Notes: a model not told the origin generated them from the sequence alone. A stretch of 64,000 bases of DNA from an uncultured Acidimicrobiales bacterium (GCA_963925805.1 CAWUSE010000013.1:1495-65494), one strand, 5' to 3'; positions 9,543 to 18,154 are shown, counted from the stretch's first letter. Program-made: numbers and translations.

Positions 9543-11279
9543 ATGAGCGAACCGTCAGAAAAGGCCGTACATCTGCGCACGGACGGGTGGTATGGCCGTC
9601 CACTCGCTGGTTTCGCCTATCGGAGCTGGATGAAGCGCGGGTTGCCCGACGATGCATTTACCGACGGCAAGCCACATATCGGTATTGCGTCGTCGTGGAG
9701 CGAGCTGACGCCCTGCAACTCCCACCTGGATGAGATCGCCGAACACGTGAAGCGAGGCGTCTGGGAAGCCGGAGGCATTCCGCATATCTTTCCCACGACA
9801 TCGCTGGGCGAAACGCAACTTCGGCCAACAGCCATGCTGCTCCGCAACCTGATGGCCATGGATGTAGAAGAGTCTCTGCGAGGTAATCCCGTCGACGGCG
9901 TCGTGCTGCTTGGCGGCTGCGATAAGACGACACCCGCACAACTTATGGGAGCAGCGTCGGTTGATCTGCCAACGATCGTGGTGTCTGGCGGACCGATGCT
10001 GAACGGTCAATACCGAGGGCAATCGCTCGGGTCAGGTACTGATCTGTGGCGCTTTAATGACGAAGTGCGGTCTGGGCGTATGTCGATCGAAGACTTCCGA
10101 GATCTCGAGTCCTCCATGACGCGCAGCCGAGGGTCGTGCAACACCATGGGAACAGCATCGACCATGGCGTGTATGTCCGAAGCGCTTGGCATGTCGCTGC
10201 CGCAGAACGGGGCCTTGCCAGCCGCCGATAGCCGGCGACTACGCCTGGCTCATCTCTCGGGCCGGCGTGCCGTCGAAATGGTGCACGAAGGGTTGACGAT
10301 TTCCAAGGTGCTCACCCGTGCCAACTTTGAGAACGCCATCCGAGTCTTAGCGGCGATCGGAGGCTCTACGAATGCGGTAGTGCACCTGCTCGCTATTGCA
10401 GGGCGTCTGGGTGTTGACCTTGAGCTCGCGGACTTCGATCGCTTCAGTGCAGAATCACCGTTGCTCGTTAATCTTAAGCCCTCTGGTGACTACCTGATGG
10501 AGGATTTTGCTTATTCAGGTGGGTTGCCAGCGGTGATCGCCAAGCTCGGTGACATCATCGACGGGACTGCTCCCACCGTGATGGGTACACCGTTCGCGAG
10601 TTACGCCGATCCGGTCGCGGCTGAACATGCTGACCCCAACGTGATCCGTGGCCTCGACGACCCGCTGCTCGACGAGTCCGGTATCGCAGTGCTCAGCGGA
10701 AATCTGTGCCCTGGTGGGGCCGTGATCAAACCGAACGCCGCAACACCGGAGCTCATGCAGCACCGAGGGAGAGCCGTGGTGTTCGAGTCGATCGAGGACT
10801 ACCACGAACGCATCGATGATCCTGATCTGGACATCGATCCCACGTGTGTGCTCGTGTTGAAGGGCTGTGGGCCTAAGGGGTATCCCGGCATGGCAGAGGT
10901 CGGCAACTTCGGCCTGCCGGCGCGACTCCTTGCCGACGGTGTGACCGACATGGTCCGCATAAGCGACGCTCGGATGAGCGGCACAGCCTACGGCACTGTT
11001 GTGCTGCACACCGCTCCCGAGGCAGCGGCCGGTGGCCCCCTTGCTGTGGTGCAGGATGGCGACATGATTTCACTCGATGTGGCAAATCGTTCGCTCAACT
11101 TGGAAATCGACGCTTTCGAGCTAGCAGACCGACTAGCAGCATGGGATCCGGCGCCCCCGAAATACACCCGCGGGTATTACCGCTTATACATCGAGCACGT
11201 TTTGCAGGCCGACAAGGGTTGCGACTTCGATTTTCTTGTCGGCTCCAGCGGAAATGAGATCGCTCGCGATAGTCACTAA
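9543..11279 (+). CDS. IlvD/Edd-family dehydratase (dihydroxy-acid / sugar-acid dehydratase)
   Basis: 578 aa. Family signatures IGIASSWSELTPCNSHL, GGCDKTTPAQLMGA and SRGSCNTMGTASTM (Fe-S ligand regions). The substrate cannot be told from sequence alone. Confidence 0.9.
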   Translation: MSEPSEKAVHLRTDGWYGRPLAGFAYRSWMKRGLPDDAFTDGKPHIGIASSWSELTPCNSHLDEIAEHVKRGVWEAGGIPHIFPTTSLGETQLRPTAMLLRNLMAMDVEESLRGNPVDGVVLLGGCDKTTPAQLMGAASVDLPTIVVSGGPMLNGQYRGQSLGSGTDLWRFNDEVRSGRMSIEDFRDLESSMTRSRGSCNTMGTASTMACMSEALGMSLPQNGALPAADSRRLRLAHLSGRRAVEMVHEGLTISKVLTRANFENAIRVLAAIGGSTNAVVHLLAIAGRLGVDLELADFDRFSAESPLLVNLKPSGDYLMEDFAYSGGLPAVIAKLGDIIDGTAPTVMGTPFASYADPVAAEHADPNVIRGLDDPLLDESGIAVLSGNLCPGGAVIKPNAATPELMQHRGRAVVFESIEDYHERIDDPDLDIDPTCVLVLKGCGPKGYPGMAEVGNFGLPARLLADGVTDMVRISDARMSGTAYGTVVLHTAPEAAAGGPLAVVQDGDMISLDVANRSLNLEIDAFELADRLAAWDPAPPKYTRGYYRLYIEHVLQADKGCDFDFLVGSSGNEIARDSH

Positions 11280-11746
11280 AGGGCCCTTTAGCGACTGAGG
11301 CTTCGGGCTACTTCGCTTTAGCGGTTCGTCCTGTTGTCGACAGAGCGATCTACGCCGATCAGCCCAGCTGGTCGGCCGTATCGATCACTGCATTTGTTCA
11401 AAGCCTTCCTATGGCGGCAATGCGGCGATCCATCACCTGCCTGTCCAACGCTGCACCTTTGTGGTCGCCGGCTGAGGATGGCGTCGTTGTTGGATAGCGC
11501 TCGAATCGGCCTTCTGAATTTGTCGAGGGGCGCAAGCTACCCGCACAGTGGCCATGATCGATTCAGGGCGAACTTGCTGAGTTGCCGAGCCGACCTGGGT
11601 CCACTGGAAGTGCAAAGCATGAGCGGTATAGATGACCGAGTCTGTTGCATCAACGCGATCATGGGTGTCGAGCCAGACCAGAATCGTTTAGGTTACGTCC
11701 GTGCTTCCCGCCCACCGCTTCCCGCCCACCGAACCCTAAGGAAGCC

Positions 11747-13891
11747 ATGAACGAACGAGAAGCCAGCATCGAACCTCCTCGTCCAACCGCCGACGAAGTC
11801 ATCGCCGAACTGACCCGTGACATTCAGCTGCTCGCCGGTCCCGATGCCGTGCCGAGGCCAGAACAGATCGAGGCTGTCACCGCCGTCGTTGCCAATCGTC
11901 AACGGACGTTGCTGGTGGCGCGCACGGGTTTCGGTAAGTCGGCGGTCTATTTCTCGTCGACTCGTATGTTGCGCAGTCGGGGCTGGGGTCCAACTGTCGT
12001 GGTGTCGCCCTTATTGGCGCTAATGCGGGACCAGGTTGCTGCCGCCCAAAAGCTTGGGCTCAATGCAGTCACCATCAACTCGTCAAATATCGACTCGTGG
12101 GACGAGATCGAATCCCAAGTTGCGGCTGATGCTGTCGACCTCATGCTTATCGCCCCAGAACGTTTATCGAATCCAGGATTTCGGCGACGTGTTTTCACTT
12201 CGCTTCGACAACGAGCGTTTATGCTCGTGTGCGACGAAGCCCATTGCATCAGCGATTGGGGGCATGACTTTCGTCCTGACTATCGCCGGCTTCGACAGTT
12301 GTTGGCCGATCTTCCTGCATGGACACCGGTGCTGGCCACAACAGCCACGGCAAACCAGCGAGTGACCGACGATGTCGCTGCCCAGCTCGGTGATGACAGC
12401 CTCGTGCTGCGCACCACCCTGGACCGAAAGTCGTTGCATCTGTCGACCGTTGATCTGCCTGATGATGCCCACCGCCTGGCATGGCTGGCCGAAACCCTGC
12501 CGCAGTTAGATGGCTCGGGCATCGTGTACACGCTGACGGTGGCTCAGGCCCATGAGACCGCCGAGTGGCTGCGCTCCCAAGGTCATGAGGTTGGCGCTTA
12601 TACCGGCCAGGTCGATCCAGATGAACGATTGCAACTCGAGGCCGACTTACGAGGAAACCAGTTGAAGGCGCTGGTGGCGACAAGCGCTCTAGGCATGGGC
12701 TTTGACAAGGGCGACCTAGCGTTCTGTGTGCATCTTGGGCTGCCGCCCACCCCAGTCGCCTACTACCAGCAAATTGGCCGTGCCGGTCGCAACATCGCTC
12801 GGGCCGAAGCGATCGCCGTACCGCGGCCCGCAGAAGACGCTCGCATCTGGAAATGGTTCGAGTCGGTTTCCATGCCCAGCGAAGAGCTGTGCGTCACGGC
12901 GCTCGATCAGTTGAATCCACATGAACCAACGGGTATTGCGGACCTAGAGCGTTATGTCAACCTAGGGCGCAGCAGGCTGTCGACACTGATGAATATCCTC
13001 GAGGTTGATGGCGCTGTAGAACGTGTGGGCTCAGGCTGGATCCGTTCCGACTTTCCCTGGGTTTACAACCATGAGATAGCGGCCACGCTGCGCGAGTTGC
13101 GGCGAACCGAAGGTAACGAAATGTTGGCCTGGGCTCAACTCGACACGTGCAGGTTGCGGTACCTCCGAGAATCGCTCGACGACGCCGAGGCGGCCGCCTG
13201 CGGCCGTTGCGATCGTTGCACCGACCACACCTGGCAGTCCGACCCTGACCCAGTTCTCGTGGCGAAGGCGACATTGCACCTGGAAGGCGGCGATGTACTA
13301 ATCGAGCCACGAAAGCAGTGGCCAACGCGCCTCGAAGCACCAAAGGGTCGCATCGCTGCTGACTCTCAAGCCCGGGTCGGCAGGGCTTTGGCCAGACTTG
13401 GTGACGGTGGCTGGGATACCGTCGTCGAAGGGCTGTTCAAGCTGGCCCGCAACGGTGACCCGCTCGAAGTGAGCGAGGACATGGTGCAGGCATGTGCTGG
13501 TGTTCTTAAACGTTGGGACTGGGCGGAGCGCCCGACTTGGATCTGTCCAATGCCGTCGCGGCGAAGCCAGTCCGTTATCGACGCTGTCGCCGACGCAATC
13601 GCAGCGCTGGGCAAGTTACCCGTGCATCGGGCCATCGTGGCTGACCTGTCAGAGTTGGCACCCGCCGACCAGTACCAGACAGAGCAAGCCAATTCGGCGC
13701 ATCAGGTGTTGAACATGTGGCACCGGCTACGAGTTGACCCCTTGCTGTTGCCTGCCGGGTCGGTTGGCGGTGGGCCGGTGCTGCTCATCGACGATGAGGT
13801 TGAGAGCCGCTGGACCGTCACCGTTGCTTCGCACCGGCTGGTGCAAGCTGGAACCGGTCCGGTCCTGCCGTTTGCTTTGCGCTCTCGCTGA
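11747..13891 (+). CDS. recQ: RecQ-family ATP-dependent DNA helicase with PRTase/ComF-like C-terminal motif
   Basis: Track ORF trimmed to ATG 11747, which is preceded by AAGGAAG. Walker A TGFGKS, DEAH box VCDEAHCISDWGHDFRPDY, ATTATAN, QQIGRAGR, Zn motif CGRCDRC. The C-terminus PVLLIDDEVESRWTVTV resembles a phosphoribosyltransferase-type motif. Confidence 0.9.
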   Translation: MNEREASIEPPRPTADEVIAELTRDIQLLAGPDAVPRPEQIEAVTAVVANRQRTLLVARTGFGKSAVYFSSTRMLRSRGWGPTVVVSPLLALMRDQVAAAQKLGLNAVTINSSNIDSWDEIESQVAADAVDLMLIAPERLSNPGFRRRVFTSLRQRAFMLVCDEAHCISDWGHDFRPDYRRLRQLLADLPAWTPVLATTATANQRVTDDVAAQLGDDSLVLRTTLDRKSLHLSTVDLPDDAHRLAWLAETLPQLDGSGIVYTLTVAQAHETAEWLRSQGHEVGAYTGQVDPDERLQLEADLRGNQLKALVATSALGMGFDKGDLAFCVHLGLPPTPVAYYQQIGRAGRNIARAEAIAVPRPAEDARIWKWFESVSMPSEELCVTALDQLNPHEPTGIADLERYVNLGRSRLSTLMNILEVDGAVERVGSGWIRSDFPWVYNHEIAATLRELRRTEGNEMLAWAQLDTCRLRYLRESLDDAEAAACGRCDRCTDHTWQSDPDPVLVAKATLHLEGGDVLIEPRKQWPTRLEAPKGRIAADSQARVGRALARLGDGGWDTVVEGLFKLARNGDPLEVSEDMVQACAGVLKRWDWAERPTWICPMPSRRSQSVIDAVADAIAALGKLPVHRAIVADLSELAPADQYQTEQANSAHQVLNMWHRLRVDPLLLPAGSVGGGPVLLIDDEVESRWTVTVASHRLVQAGTGPVLPFALRSR

Positions 13892-13913
13892 GGCCACAGA
13901 GCATCCCGGTAGC

Positions 13914-13961
13914 GGTAATCAGAGTGTTTGGTAATCAGAGCGTTTGGTAGTCAGAGCGTTA
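13914..13961. repeat. 3 x 16-nt tandem repeat overlapping a stop codon
   Basis: GGTAATCAGAGTGTTT / GGTAATCAGAGCGTTT / GGTAGTCAGAGCGTTA sits in the gap between convergent recQ and the secreted-protein gene. Unit 3 contains the stop codon (13951-13953) of the minus-strand gene. Confidence 0.9.
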
Positions 13962-15858
13962 CTGAACCCCGGTTGCGACGAAATGAACGAACGCCCATAC
14001 CGGCACAGAAGAATGAGAACAGGCTAAGTCCAACGATCACGCCGGGAAGAAGTGTCGACTCGTCTTCGAGCATGATCGTCACCGTCTCGGCAAGCAACTC
14101 ACCGCCCTCGTCCGGAGCAGCCACCGCTTGCGCCGTGGGTGGTGCCAACGTGTTCGGCGTAGCGACTGCGGTGGGGGTCGCCAACACGATCACTTGCGGC
14201 GTCGGCCTAACATCGGGGATCGGTGTGGAAGCCGGCTCGGTTGGCTGATCGTCGGTGGGTTCTCTAGCTGACTCCGGCGTCGGCGCTGGTGTCGGGTCAG
14301 CCTCGGCTGGAGAAGGCGTCGGCGTGGGCAGTGCGCCAATTAATGGGTCGCGGGGCTCTTGATCAGCCTCGTTCGGGACGCCGTCGCCGTCGATGTCGAT
14401 ATCGCAGACGTCGCCGTCGCCGTCGCTGTCAACATCGGCCTGATCTGGGTTTGCGATCAGATCGCAGTTGTCTGGCTCAGGGTCTGCAATTCCGTCGCCG
14501 TCGACATCAGAAACCGTAGGTGTCGGCACGGGTGTTGGTGCGGGCGCTGTTACTGGAGCTGTCGTGATTGTTGGGTCACTCGGGGCGAAGTCGGCGGCGT
14601 TGTCTACGCCGTCGCCATCGATGTCGATATCGCAGACGTCGCCGTCGCCGTCGTTGTCCAGGTCCGCTTGATCGGGGTTGGCGATTGCATCGCAGTTGTC
14701 AGGCTCAGGGTCAGTGACACCGTCGCCGTCGACATCACTGGTGTTGGTGACTGGGTCGGGTGTGACTACTGGACCGGGCCGGGCGAGCGGAGCGTTCACC
14801 GTGTTCTCGTCGATCTCGCGAGTGACGCCGCCGTAAGTCCTTGTGACGTTGAGTCGGTACTGATGGATGCGAGCGTTGGTCCACAGGTCGTCGGATGGGA
14901 TCTCGAGCCCGTAGTTGTCGGGCTGACCGTTACCAGTCGCCACCCATACGGCATCGGGGGCATCAAAGCCAGGCCGGCCCATGGTCCGACTGAGATCCCA
15001 CATCGTCGAGGACCGAGAACCGTAGACACCGGAGACGTAGCCGGCGCTGTGGATGCCTTCGGTCCATGCATCGAGGAAGGCCAGAACCGCCTCGGCGCAC
15101 CCGGGGCGATAGGCCTCCATGTCGTAATAGATTGGGTTTCCTGGGCCGATGCCCAACCGGCTTACAGAGTCGACAGCATCGGTGGCCGAAGCGAAGCCCT
15201 GGTTGCGGGCAGTTGCCGGGTCAGCAGATAGGCCTTCGAACCGAGCAGTAGCGCATTGGTCCGGAGCCTGGAATCCGACATAGATCGGGATGATGCTCCA
15301 ACCGTCGGCATGAATTTGGCTTATCCACGGCGCCGTCAGGTTCGACTGGATCTTGTCGGCCCGGTTGTCCCACGAACTGTTCACACCGATATAGACCCCA
15401 ACAGCAGTGAAGGGGGAAAAGTCTTTCCAGACCGCCATTTGGCTTGCAGTCATTGCTGACCTTGCGTCGAATGCAGCGCCAACTGGCGCATCGGGCGGAG
15501 GGGGAGCGGCGCTGCCGGTCAAGGTGAATGAGGTGCTGGTGCCAGAGCCCAGCCCCCTAACGGTTACCGCCCACGTCTGGGGGCTGCCGCAGTTCCATCG
15601 CATTTCTACTCGACCAGAGTTGTCAGCGACCCGGCGCGAAAAGACGCCATTCAGCTCCGGTGCTGAGAACTCGACGGTCTCGCCGGGAATGAACCCGGAC
15701 ACGATCCCAAGTGGTCGCACAATGACATCACAGACGAACGGGTTCTCAAACAGTTGGACCTGCAGCGGCTGCTGGGCCGATGCGACTGGGGTGAGGGCGA
15801 CGATGCCAGTAATCGCACACGCAATCAGCACTAGAAGTCGTTGGGAACCAGTATTCAT
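13951..15858 (-). CDS. secreted, C-terminally anchored protein: DUF1906 (Rv2525c-like glycoside-hydrolase-like) domain plus thrombospondin type-3 Ca-binding repeats
   Basis: Track ORF trimmed to the Met of MNTGSQRLLVLIACAITGIVALTPVASAQQ (signal peptide). The central region resembles DUF1906 (...GVYIGVNSSW..., IIPIYVG, YYDMEAY, YVSGVYGS). It carries two copies of DVDGDG.xDPEPDNCDxIANPDQADxDxDGDGDVCDIDIDGDGV (TSP3-type D-x-D-x-D-G repeats). The C-terminus is a hydrophobic helix plus a basic tail (GLSLFSFFCAGMGVRSFRRNRG). Confidence 0.8.
   Translation of the reverse strand: MNTGSQRLLVLIACAITGIVALTPVASAQQPLQVQLFENPFVCDVIVRPLGIVSGFIPGETVEFSAPELNGVFSRRVADNSGRVEMRWNCGSPQTWAVTVRGLGSGTSTSFTLTGSAAPPPPDAPVGAAFDARSAMTASQMAVWKDFSPFTAVGVYIGVNSSWDNRADKIQSNLTAPWISQIHADGWSIIPIYVGFQAPDQCATARFEGLSADPATARNQGFASATDAVDSVSRLGIGPGNPIYYDMEAYRPGCAEAVLAFLDAWTEGIHSAGYVSGVYGSRSSTMWDLSRTMGRPGFDAPDAVWVATGNGQPDNYGLEIPSDDLWTNARIHQYRLNVTRTYGGVTREIDENTVNAPLARPGPVVTPDPVTNTSDVDGDGVTDPEPDNCDAIANPDQADLDNDGDGDVCDIDIDGDGVDNAADFAPSDPTITTAPVTAPAPTPVPTPTVSDVDGDGIADPEPDNCDLIANPDQADVDSDGDGDVCDIDIDGDGVPNEADQEPRDPLIGALPTPTPSPAEADPTPAPTPESAREPTDDQPTEPASTPIPDVRPTPQVIVLATPTAVATPNTLAPPTAQAVAAPDEGGELLAETVTIMLEDESTLLPGVIVGLSLFSFFCAGMGVRSFRRNRGSVTL
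14377..14738. repeat. intragenic duplication (two ~134-nt copies, 228-nt period) encoding the TSP3 repeat module
   Basis: Copies at 14377..14510 and 14605..14738 align over nearly their whole length by eye, for example ...GCCGTCGCC.TCGATGTCGATATCGCAGACGTCGCCGTCGCCGTCG... in both. The period is 76 codons. Confidence 0.85.
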
Positions 15859-16112
15859 CGACCTGAAAAGTAGTTGGCGCGGCGACCTAAATGACGGCGC
15901 GTGGCAAATTGTGCGATCTTTCACAGGTGCCTTGCGGAGGTAACTAGATCTATGGACAACTTGTGGAAGGGCTGCCGAGCGGTATCTGGAAGACGATCAA
16001 CACGTTGAAGGTCGAACAGGCAACTGTTCCTTGGGTCTGAACCGGCCGGTAGTCGGTTCTCCGTCAGCAGAACTCTGAATCCCGAGTTCCGATGACGGAG
16101 CAATGTACAGCC

Positions 16113-16255
16113 ATGAAAATGCGGGTTTTATTCGTTTGCACAGCGAACGTCTGCCGATCGCCTATGGCGTCGGCACTTTTCGCAAGACCTGGTCGATAAG
16201 TCCGATCTGATTCTGACTATGACCAGCGAGCACGCTCGTGACGTCGTGTCTCGGT
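16113..16255 (+). pseudogene. remnant of a low-molecular-weight protein-tyrosine phosphatase / ArsC-type gene (internal deletion and frameshift)
   Basis: ATG 16113 encodes MKMRVLFVCTANVCRSPMASALF with the C-x5-R-S P-loop, then stops after 28 codons. A different frame continues DLVDKSDLILTMTSEHARDVV, a conserved mid-protein block of the family. Roughly the middle third and the C-terminus are missing. Confidence 0.6.
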
Positions 16256-16284
16256 TCCTCCGGCCTATCTGGGTGGTTGCCAGT

Positions 16285-16320
16285 TTTGGTTTCTCAGTCT
16301 CGTTTGGTTTCTCAGTCTCG
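16285..16320. repeat. perfect 2 x 18-nt tandem duplication spanning the yajQ stop codon
   Basis: TTTGGTTTCTCAGTCTCG occurs twice (16285-16302 and 16303-16320). The second copy holds the last two codons and the stop of yajQ (stop at 16312-16314). Confidence 0.9.
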
Positions 16321-16800
16321 GAAGTTTCCGAACTGCAGCGGGATGTCGAAGTCGCCTTCTTTTAGCGCCTGCATGACTTCTTGGAGCGCATCACGTTTCT
16401 TGCCGTTAACGCGGAGTTGCTCGCCTTGGGTCGAGCTCTGTACGCCCTTGAGGCCCAGGGCCTTGATGAACTTGTTCAGTTCCTTGGCCTTGTCGCTGGA
16501 GATACCTGCGGTCAATGTGAGAAGTTGTCGAGCGCGACCACCTGAGGCCTCTTCAACATCGCCATAGTCGAGTGCCTTAAGCGACACACTGCGCTTGACG
16601 AGCTTCTCTTGCAAGACTTGGCGTAGGGCGCTCAAGCGGTCCTCGTTGGATGAGTTCATCGTGATCGAGCCTTCCCCAAGCTCAATCGAAGAGTTGGTGC
16701 CCTTGAAATCGAAGCGCGTAACGATTTCTCGGCTGGCTTGGTCGACTGCGTTTCGGACTTCCTGCATGTCAACTTCGGACGTCACATCAAAGGTAGGCAT
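16312..16800 (-). CDS. yajQ: YajQ-family nucleotide (cyclic-di-GMP)-binding protein, UPF0234
   Basis: 162 aa. MPTFDVTSEVDMQEVRNAVDQASREIVTRFDFKG is the canonical YajQ N-terminus. Confidence 0.9.
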   Translation of the reverse strand: MPTFDVTSEVDMQEVRNAVDQASREIVTRFDFKGTNSSIELGEGSITMNSSNEDRLSALRQVLQEKLVKRSVSLKALDYGDVEEASGGRARQLLTLTAGISSDKAKELNKFIKALGLKGVQSSTQGEQLRVNGKKRDALQEVMQALKEGDFDIPLQFGNFRD

Positions 16801-17344
16801 GGCCCCAGACTAGCCACCCGTTCGGTGCTCAATTGCCGCTCTTGTCTTCGTGGCGCACTCCACTAGCGCTAAGCCAATGGAGTCGTCGATGAGGCCTGGC
16901 ATGGCAGGCCTCGTTTCTGGATCCTCATCATCTGATGTCACCGCCGGGCAAATGGTTCGACAAGTCCAACCCAGGCGACATGGAGCTATCGCCGTCGATC
17001 TCAGTTCTGGCGACACGCTGCTGTTGGGTCTTATGAGCGATCCTGGCGAAATGGGCGAGCTGAGTCACGTCGACAGCGCCCAAACAGCGCAAGCGAATGA
17101 CTACTTGACGCCATGATGCACATCACCAACGGTGCCCCGTTCAGCTAGGTCTTCCTATCGTGAGGTAAATCATTCACTCGTGACCAGGGTCCATATTCAA
17201 CGACTGCGTGGGCAGGGGATGGCGAACCCGCAGCTCCCGGTTCGATAGGCCGCCAGCATCATCAGGATCGTTCCGGGTGAAGATCTTGCGGTGGGGCGTC
17301 TGGTGAACAACCCCGTAACGCCACCAAACCGCTCCTGGGGTTGT

Positions 17345-18154
17345 TTAGCTATTGGTCCAGTCGCGATGCTGGCCGGGCAGGCTGCTCATGCCCAATCGGG
17401 CGTCAGACGTCTGGCTCGCCATGATTTGATTGCGATTTTCGAGGTCGATGCCCGCGCGCAAACTCGGAATCTCGAGGTTTGACCACATTGCTTCTTTGGT
17501 CATCCACACGCCAAACGGGCTGTTCGCTGCAATCTCTGCGGCGACGCCCATCACGGTGTCCTCAAGTGCGTTATCGGGAACCATGCGGCTAACCAGACCG
17601 ATGCGTTCGGCCTCGGCAGCGTCGAACACTCGGCCGGTCAGCAGCAACTCCCACGCACGGCTCGCACCGATCAACCGGGGAAGCATCCAACTCACGCCAA
17701 TGTCGCATCCCGATAGGCCAAGGCGAACAAACGCTGTCCCAAACTTGGCGCTTTCGCTGCAGTACCGAATGTCAGATGCACAGGCAAAGGCGAACCCGCC
17801 ACCAGCAGCGGCACCATTAACAGCAGAGATAATGGGCTGCCGGACATCGCGCATGTGATGCACGATTTCGGCAATAAGTTGCTGCGTCGCCATCCCTTGT
17901 TGCACCCGACCGAGGTCCTCGGTGCCCGGCACTGTTCCAAAACCATTCAGGTCAAGCCCGGCGCAGAACCCTTTGCCAGCGCCGGTCAAGATGACCGCCC
18001 GACAATCATGGTCTGCGTCTACCGCATCGAGAGCAGTATGTAACGCTTGCACCATGTCAAGTGTCAACGCATTGAGCTTGTCGGGACGATTCATCGTGAG
18101 CCGGGTTACGCCTTCGGCAGGCTGGTCTATCAACACAGTGTCACTCAAGGTCAT
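17345..18154 (-). CDS. enoyl-CoA hydratase/isomerase (crotonase) family protein
   Basis: 269 aa. Crotonase oxyanion-hole region AVILTGAGKGFCAGLDL and AVNGAAAGGGF. Confidence 0.9.
   Translation of the reverse strand: MTLSDTVLIDQPAEGVTRLTMNRPDKLNALTLDMVQALHTALDAVDADHDCRAVILTGAGKGFCAGLDLNGFGTVPGTEDLGRVQQGMATQQLIAEIVHHMRDVRQPIISAVNGAAAGGGFAFACASDIRYCSESAKFGTAFVRLGLSGCDIGVSWMLPRLIGASRAWELLLTGRVFDAAEAERIGLVSRMVPDNALEDTVMGVAAEIAANSPFGVWMTKEAMWSNLEIPSLRAGIDLENRNQIMASQTSDARLGMSSLPGQHRDWTNS

Noticed and set aside
11334-11750. 138-aa + strand ORF between the dehydratase and recQ
   Set aside because: It has no motif, poor composition (Arg/Cys/Leu-rich), and would overlap the recQ start. It is treated as spacer, possibly containing promoter elements for recQ.
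13914-13961. CRISPR-like array (also 16285-16320 and 36046-36075)
   Set aside because: There are only 2-3 directly abutting units of 15-18 nt, with no spacers and no cas genes. These are simple tandem duplications.
14359-15231. 290-aa + strand ORF
   Set aside because: It is antisense to the TSP3/DUF1906 gene. Its repetitive VAVD/IADV content mirrors the Asp-rich repeats on the true coding strand.
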